64,000 bases of DNA, taken from positions 6,434-70,433 of the forward strand of contig JBBSGM010000001.1 in the NCBI GenBank assembly GCA_038254065.1, given 5' to 3'. The notes under the pieces are model-generated. The model saw only the letters and a program-made list of their open reading frames with translations. It was not told where the DNA came from and ran no database searches. How positions within the stretch are numbered: the first letter of the stretch is position 1; each line of letters begins with the position of its first letter. Shown piece by piece: positions 59,201 to 64,000 of the stretch. This stretch comes from Mycobacteriales bacterium. Lineage in GTDB: Bacteria; Actinomycetota; Actinomycetes; Mycobacteriales; Pseudonocardiaceae. A program made the position numbers and the translations under genes.

Positions 59201-60841
59201 GACCGCTCCGCGCTCGCCGAGCAGGAGGTTGCCGAGGAGCTGGCCGCGTCGACGATGACGCAGATCGACCGGATGGCTGATGTGATCCGCGAGGTCAACG
59301 CCGGCCGGCTCGCCGCCACGCTCGATCGGCTCGCCGCCGACGGGCACCTCAGCGGGCACGACCGGGCCCGGATCGCGGCCGACGACGCGTTCGGCACGGT
59401 GGAGCGGCTGCTGCGCACCGCCGAACTCGCCGGTCACGACCCGGCCAAGGTCCTGACCGCCGCCGTGACCATGCGCGGGCTCGACGACGCCACCTCACCT
59501 GCGCAGGTCCTGCACCACCGTATCGCCACCCGCCTGACCGGGCGGCTCACCCCACGTGTCCGCACCGGGGCGGCCGATCTCATCCCGCACCACCTCCGCA
59601 CCGACCCCGCCGACATCGACGCCGCTGGCGCCGGCCTCAGCCCGCGTGACGCACAGCGCGGCGCGCTGCTGCGCCGCTACGCCGAGGCCGCCGACGAGCG
59701 CCGCAACGAGCTCGGCGCCCGCACCGCCGCCCAGCCGCCCGCGTGGGCGATCGACGCTCTCGGCCCGGTTCCCGCCGGCGACGACGCCGCGTCGGTTGTG
59801 GCGCGGCAGGAGTGGGAACACCGCGCGGGCTGGGCCGCGGCCTACCGCGAACTCGTCGGCCACACCGACGACCACGACCCGCTCGGCACCATCCCGGGTG
59901 GTGCCCGGGTCGAGCATCGGATGATGTACCGCGCCGCGCACGACGCCCTCGCCCTGCCGGAGGCCGGCGACGAGGAAGCCGGCATGACCGACGGCCGGCT
60001 CCGCGCCCGCATCGCCGGTTACGAACGCGAACGCGCCTGGGCGCCGCGCTGGGTTGAGGACGACCTCGCCGCCGCCCACGAACGCCGCCAGCGGCTCGAC
60101 GCCGACGCCACCATGTGGGATGCCCGCGCCGCCGCACCCGACACCGCCCCCGACGATGCCGCGCAGCTGCGCGCCGACGCCGCTCGAGCCCGCGCCGACG
60201 CCGCGCAACTCGCCGAACAGATCGGCGACCTCGAGACCGCCGACGCTGCGTGGGCGCAGTGGTACGCCCACACCGCTGTCACCCGAGACCACGCCGAACG
60301 CTCCCGCCACGAACTCCGCGCCCGCGGCGTCGACATCGCCAACCCACCCGACCGCACCACCCCCGCCGAGTGGCTCGACGCCCACCGCGCCGCCCAAACC
60401 AACGACGAGCAGCACGCCGCCGTCACCGAGGACGACATCCGGGACGACCCCGACCAACGCCGCCAGGTCGACGAACTGCGCGAGGAGCAGGCGGACCATC
60501 TGGACGACGACCGGGCGGGGCCCGCCGTCGTCAACGAGGCCGCGGAGACCGGGGTGCCCGACATCCGTGAGACGGCGGAGCCGGACCCGACCGAACGCGC
60601 CGACCCCACCGTTCGGCGGCGAGTCCGGACGCTCGAAGAGACCACGCAATCGGTGGTGAGGGCACAGGAGGCCCTCACGGAGATTGCGGTCCGCCGCGCC
60701 GCCGAGGCCCGCGCGGCAGCCGAGGCCCACGCCACGGCAGAGGAGGAGGTCGGCCGCCGGGACGAGCTGAACCGCTGGGACGCCGACGGCGACGTCGTCG
60801 AGACCGCCGAGCAGCACGACGAGCCCGCGATGGAGCGCTGA
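56219..60841 (+). CDS. MobF-family relaxase/helicase (TrwC/TraA-like)
   Basis: The N-terminus ...AREGYYTG...WWGAGAEALGLSGEVD closely parallels TrwC. His triad HDSRERDPQWHIH, RecD-like helicase P-loop AAAGTGKSF and LVVLDEAG are present. The last ~580 aa form an Ala/Asp/Arg/Glu-rich tail. Confidence 0.92.
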   Translation: MLSVHRGHSTRYLTDEVAKAREGYYTGAVAAGEPPGLWWGAGAEALGLSGEVDADLMEAVYTRLLDPRDPAAHDRKTWDEAAMLSPGHRKYKTAEEIYAGLLEQHPDAGPAQRAELRAQAGRSARQPVAFIDVTVSPPKSVTVAGLAFERAATEARERGDTDAAQAWDAHAQAVEDALMAGARAALEYLQEHAGYAREGHHGGGAGRWIDAPAFVVAQFLQHDSRERDPQWHIHQAILNRVLCADGVWRALDGKLIDLHKPAAAALCERVIEAHLAQSVGLRSETRPDGKAREVIGVDQELMDLFSSRRAQITPKAAALIREFEAHNGRPPSPYERVVIHEQATLVTRRAKSHDGETRTEQFARWEEMARTRVQTGLAEVAEAILARNRDVGPVAEFSPLDVIERAVESLGAARAHYTRADMFKAVSDALPGHLGLAPDEVLPFLDGMTDAAMDRIQRLTPAEDTHDLPDELRLANGAPVYARPGSARYATPGGLAAEKAVRASLVERGAPTLTRGQVDAAIARFAESGITLGPDQEAALRGVLTSGAWVETIVAAAGTGKSFVVGAIADAWANPPTTTGGTNDPSGGQESPGGRVFGLAPYQNAAEVLAGEGLRTKNVAAWLATQARLDRTRPGQTATGPNGDDETWRLRPGDLVVLDEAGTAETPAIREVQQRCRAAGVKLVPVGDPGQLSTIGPGGALADMAEHGICYQLCEVRRFTHAWEGPASLRLRDGDTSVLAEYAKRGRIIDGGTAEQAETLASRAWLADTLNGRESLLMVATNDAAARVSNQLRAELIQLGRVQEDGVPLGEGPELAAWRGTVAGVGDLIQARALAWHLRGFEGNTTAPITRKTYRVIATRADGGLTVAPILDRAQPGAEVDAENGAVERNEWGEQLGPVMALPGSYVRNHVSLGYASTKDAAQGRNVDTGHNVAGAGVDRAGHYVMSTRGRDANTTYVVTRHLAPDADTGETFDSDARTPEAVLADILTVDNDGDRSALAEQEVAEELAASTMTQIDRMADVIREVNAGRLAATLDRLAADGHLSGHDRARIAADDAFGTVERLLRTAELAGHDPAKVLTAAVTMRGLDDATSPAQVLHHRIATRLTGRLTPRVRTGAADLIPHHLRTDPADIDAAGAGLSPRDAQRGALLRRYAEAADERRNELGARTAAQPPAWAIDALGPVPAGDDAASVVARQEWEHRAGWAAAYRELVGHTDDHDPLGTIPGGARVEHRMMYRAAHDALALPEAGDEEAGMTDGRLRARIAGYERERAWAPRWVEDDLAAAHERRQRLDADATMWDARAAAPDTAPDDAAQLRADAARARADAAQLAEQIGDLETADAAWAQWYAHTAVTRDHAERSRHELRARGVDIANPPDRTTPAEWLDAHRAAQTNDEQHAAVTEDDIRDDPDQRRQVDELREEQADHLDDDRAGPAVVNEAAETGVPDIRETAEPDPTERADPTVRRRVRTLEETTQSVVRAQEALTEIAVRRAAEARAAAEAHATAEEEVGRRDELNRWDADGDVVETAEQHDEPAMER

Positions 60842-60854
60842 ACGGCAGCGCCCA

Positions 60855-61463
60855 TCACAAGGCCACAGGTCGGGCCGGCGCCGGCGTGGCCTCGGCAAGC
60901 TGCCGTCGCACGTGGGCGCACCAGCGCTGCGCCTCGGCCTGGTTCCGCGCCCGCCACCGCTGGTCCACCCGCCGCCACAACGGAGACGACTCGTCCCGCC
61001 GCAGCCCGTACCGCGGACCCTGCGGCACGAGCTGCCCGTCCGCATCGCGTTCGGGCAGCTCCGTCGGAGGGTCGGGATGCACCCCGAGCAGCCACGCCAA
61101 CGTGCGCCACACCCCGTGCGCGAAGTCGTCATCGCTGGCGACGCATGGCCGAGGCGAGACACCCAGCTGCGCCCACTCGTCAGCGGCCGGCGGCTCCTGG
61201 TCGGCAGCGACACACAGCGCGACCCAGCTCTCGGCACGTGCCAGCACCCAGCTCGCTGGCTCAGCGTGCCCGGTCATCGGAGCCGGATGCCCAGCAACGA
61301 CCCACCCCAGCGCAGCGCACTGCCCTTGGGCGTGCCGCGAGTCCAACTGCGTAGCCAATCCGTAGGCCGTCCAGTCCAAGTCTGCGACCCGGCGATGGTC
61401 GACCATCACCCACTCCGGAATCACTGCCCGCTCGGCCACGTAACCGAGTATGCGACTGACCAC
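60855..61463 (-). CDS. Hypothetical protein
   Basis: 202-aa ORF convergent with the relaxase gene, with host-like G+C. No motif recognised. Confidence 0.45.
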   Translation of the reverse strand: MVSRILGYVAERAVIPEWVMVDHRRVADLDWTAYGLATQLDSRHAQGQCAALGWVVAGHPAPMTGHAEPASWVLARAESWVALCVAADQEPPAADEWAQLGVSPRPCVASDDDFAHGVWRTLAWLLGVHPDPPTELPERDADGQLVPQGPRYGLRRDESSPLWRRVDQRWRARNQAEAQRWCAHVRRQLAEATPAPARPVAL

Positions 61464-61980
61464 CGACAGAATTCCAGAGAAGATCTGCTCGGATCATCGT
61501 CCCGGCCAGCGGCAACAACAGGGAACAAGAACCCGGGCTCTGCCCGGACCCGGCACCGCTCAGAGATCCGGGGGGATGGTGCGGTAGGTGGTGATCTCCC
61601 CACGGCGCGCCGGAGGCGGCCAGACCGGCGGCCCGGGCCGCAAGCCGGGAAAGAGTGGCTTGCGCCCCGAACCACCGGCCCGGCAGGGGTGAACCCGCGC
61701 CGCGAGGAGATCACAAGCCTTCGGGATTGATCCGGACCTGGAGTCTCGCCAAGTATACATGAACCAGACAGATGGCAGGCATGGCCCGCCAAGGAACTCC
61801 GTAGCCGCGGTTCGAAACGAAATGTCCCGCGCCTAAGCAACTCCGATGGGAACACCCGCGTACAGGATTGCAAAGCACTAGATAGGCGGAGCGGAAAGCG
61901 ATACGACCCCTACACTGAGAACAACTCGCGGACACCGCTCCGCGCGGATCTTATCCGAGCAGACTGCACGCTTTGAGTCG

Positions 61981-63720
61981 CTAAAAGCAGCTAATAAGTG
62001 CGATAGAGGGCTGAAATCCTAGCGCCACGAGGCGCTTCGACTCGGAGACCAAGCTTATTCGCGAGAACAACGGCAAGCTCAAAATCGTACGATTGCGCCA
62101 GTTGCCGAGCAGTGCAAACACAACCTCGACCGCCCCTCGATGGGGCAGAAGCTCTCGATGCAGAGTGTTAATGGCTTCTGCAAGTGCGACGTCGGAACAG
62201 TTGGCGCGCACATAGGCTGCGAGTTGTTCTCTCGCAGGTGTCGACCGCCGCAGGATTTCGCCACTGTTCGAAGCCTGAAGAAACAGGTGACTGAGCGTTG
62301 AAGACTTCCCCTTCCTCTTAACGTGGATCATTGCACCACTCGGCGCCACAAGATCGCTTGCCTCGATACCAGCCTCTCCCTCGACCCGTATCAGCTGGCG
62401 ATCGAGAACTACGAAGTCATGCTGGGCATTTTGTCGGATGTTGTCTAGGTAGTTTGGCTCAGTACCACCACCGTATCGCGGAAACGAGATTTTAGTGTAG
62501 GGCAGGTCATTGATCTGCTGATCAATTGTCCGCACGAACGAGGGATCTACGCGGTAGAAATCGCCATCGTATGCCATGTAGAGGTGGTCATCAAGCTGGA
62601 GCTCCGCACAGAGGCACTCAAGAACTGTTGCTGTGCCGATCTGATTCTGTGATTCGTCAGCGAAGCGAATGATGCTGTCGAGACTCTTTGTGGGAGTATG
62701 GTCCTGTTCGTTCTTGCGAACGTGGAGGGCGATACGGTCAACAGACATATTCAGTGTCGCTGAATTCGAAAGACGTTCTTGCGGGAAGAGGATGTACTGG
62801 ATCGTCCGCGTCTCGTCGGCTTCGAGAAGATCGTCTGGAAGGATGGCATCAAGATTCTCGGGAACCGGTTCTCTTGACAAGAGCGTTGTCAGCTCAACCC
62901 GCAAACGCCGAATAAGCTCTCGATCCTCAACAAGGCGGATATTGTCGATCCAAGGCAATGTTCTGCGATAGTGTTCCAGCCGCGAAGCTTCGACAATCTT
63001 CTTCGAGAATGCATGAAGCGTGTCGATGTCATCTATGTCGGCTTGGAACCGTAAGGATCGACCGCCGAGAATACTTCGCGCAAGCGATGCGTCTTGTGCT
63101 TTCCCGCCAATCGCTGCGATAAGGTCTGCGGACTGATCAATTGGAAAGCCCTCCATCGGGATGTCGCGGGCTGCCCGATGACCGGTCCGCTTAAAGTACG
63201 GTCCGGTGGACTGGTACCTGAGATCTCGAAACTGAGAAGTCTTTCGCCGAGCCGCGCCAGGGGCCGCACCATCGTGTTCGTCATCGTGGATCGGTGGACC
63301 GACGAGCATGTTGAGTGCAACGAGAAGTCCGAACCTCGGATCACTCGCGGAACGTGCGATTACTCGTGAGCCTAGTCCAAATGACCATGCCGCCCACCGC
63401 AGATCTGATTGGCTTTCAAGCAGATTATCGACTGCGCAGAATACGATGCCGCCGTCCGAGCTTGCGATTGCTGGCAGGTCGGTGCCGAAGTTTTGGGCGA
63501 AGAAGACTTGCCATTGAGGCGGCGCTTTAGGGCGACGAAACAGCATGACTATCATATCTCCGCCTACGGAAGCCTCAAGCAACTCCGCAGGTTGTTCGAG
63601 CTCAATCAGCGTAGAGCCATCCCACTGGCAGACGCGCGGCGCGTACTTAGCCAGGTCCGTTATTGCAGCGAGGGGATTTATACCCACCTTCAGGAGAAAG
63701 GCATTGAGTGGCAGCCGCAT
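61981..63720 (-). CDS. Large uncharacterised protein, DUF6119/TIGR04141-like (by recollection), with PD-(D/E)xK-like motif
   Basis: 579-aa ORF in a visibly low-G+C patch. The N-terminus MRLPLNAFLLKVG and the size fit the sporadically distributed TIGR04141 family. The C-terminal region reads GIEASDLVAPSGAMIHVKRKGKSSTLSHLFLQ. The ORF call is strong; the family call is weak. Confidence 0.8.
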   Translation of the reverse strand: MRLPLNAFLLKVGINPLAAITDLAKYAPRVCQWDGSTLIELEQPAELLEASVGGDMIVMLFRRPKAPPQWQVFFAQNFGTDLPAIASSDGGIVFCAVDNLLESQSDLRWAAWSFGLGSRVIARSASDPRFGLLVALNMLVGPPIHDDEHDGAAPGAARRKTSQFRDLRYQSTGPYFKRTGHRAARDIPMEGFPIDQSADLIAAIGGKAQDASLARSILGGRSLRFQADIDDIDTLHAFSKKIVEASRLEHYRRTLPWIDNIRLVEDRELIRRLRVELTTLLSREPVPENLDAILPDDLLEADETRTIQYILFPQERLSNSATLNMSVDRIALHVRKNEQDHTPTKSLDSIIRFADESQNQIGTATVLECLCAELQLDDHLYMAYDGDFYRVDPSFVRTIDQQINDLPYTKISFPRYGGGTEPNYLDNIRQNAQHDFVVLDRQLIRVEGEAGIEASDLVAPSGAMIHVKRKGKSSTLSHLFLQASNSGEILRRSTPAREQLAAYVRANCSDVALAEAINTLHRELLPHRGAVEVVFALLGNWRNRTILSLPLFSRISLVSESKRLVALGFQPSIALISCF

Positions 63721-64000
63721 GTGACTGTTATCCTGCGCCCTCTCGCCGCCGGGGGTTCTCGTGACGGGTCACAGCATGCCGGAGGGCAGCTTCGAAGTGT
63801 TACTGATCAGTCCCACACGGTTGCGAAGTTACTCCATACGGAGTAATGAGGCGTGCTACCGTGCGGGTAGGGGCCTTGGACGGGCCACAGGCCGGCTTGC
63901 CCGCAGGGTGGCCGTGGCTTCCGCGCGGCCTGGTGTCGACGCGATGCCCAACGCACGCTGGCACATCCCGCCTGTTGTCAGCGAGAATCCGACGATGACC

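Larger units (their letters stand above)
42989..64000. mobile_element. Integrative conjugative element (T4SS/MobF type) inserted at tRNA-Thr; right boundary not in window
   Basis: A tRNA-adjacent tyrosine integrase, xis, a VirD4-type coupling protein, a MobF relaxase and low-G+C cargo patches. No second copy of the tRNA 3' end was found before 64000. Confidence 0.7.

Noticed and set aside
59495-61237. 580-aa and 363-aa minus-strand ORFs overlapping the relaxase 3' half
   Set aside because: They are antisense to the clearly real MobF relaxase gene and have a repetitive Gly/Arg/Ala composition.
61711-61935. 74-aa Cys-rich minus-strand ORF just downstream of the DUF6119-like gene
   Set aside because: It has a GTG start without a visible RBS, overlaps the stem structures, and has no recognisable fold or motif. 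It is possibly a small partner protein but is unsupported, so it is left uncalled.
61464-61980. Possibility that the structured non-coding stretch is a retron msr/msd or a group II intron fragment
   Set aside because: No reverse transcriptase or intron-encoded protein lies nearby, and I could not recognise domain V-like or msr/msd hallmarks by eye.
42989-64000. attR, i.e. a second copy of the tRNA-Thr 3' end
   Set aside because: I looked for TTCGACTCCCC / CCAAGGCGGCTCC-like strings downstream, including near 61.5-61.9 kb and 63.85-64.0 kb, and found none. The right boundary of the ICE therefore cannot be placed in this window.

Overview
This is a high-G+C (by eye above 70%) actinobacterial chromosome segment. 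All family names come from reading motifs by eye; no searches were run. The window has three parts. (i) 1-6254 is the tail of a conjugation-type module: a VirB4-like ATPase, a polytopic membrane protein and an NlpC/P60 hydrolase. (ii) About 6.3-42.9 kb is core housekeeping. It holds the HspR regulon (dnaK-grpE-dnaJ-hspR and clpB, both preceded by HAIR operators), pyrE, fbaA and purA. It then holds a block collinear with M. tuberculosis Rv3671c-Rv3682 (marP-like protease, Nudix, TlpA-like redoxin, nth, crp, MBL hydrolase, ridA, two ArsA-like ATPases, whiB, class A PBP), followed by an MFS/Tmk-like fusion, holB and tRNA-Thr(CGT). (iii) 42.99-64.0 kb is an integrative conjugative element (ICE) inserted at the tRNA-Thr 3' end; its right end was not found in the window. 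The ICE encodes an integrase with an unusual C-terminal GntR-like wHTH, xis, a DUF2637-like protein, a VirD4-type coupling protein, a DUF4913-like protein, a MobF/TrwC relaxase and a candidate oriT. It carries two visibly low-G+C cargo patches. The first (45.5-48.6 kb) holds two membrane-anchored small proteins and an XRE-type regulator. The second (61.7-63.85 kb) holds a 579-aa DUF6119/TIGR04141-like protein with a PD-(D/E)xK-like motif, next to a structured non-coding stretch. These two patches, together with the integrase-GntR fusion, are my best candidates for something undescribed. A MITE/REP-like element with 46-bp inverted termini occurs twice, each time directly after a TAA stop codon (after the gene at 5826-6254 and after clpB). 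I saw no rRNA and no CRISPR array. Many long ORFs in the track are antisense or GC artefacts and were not called.
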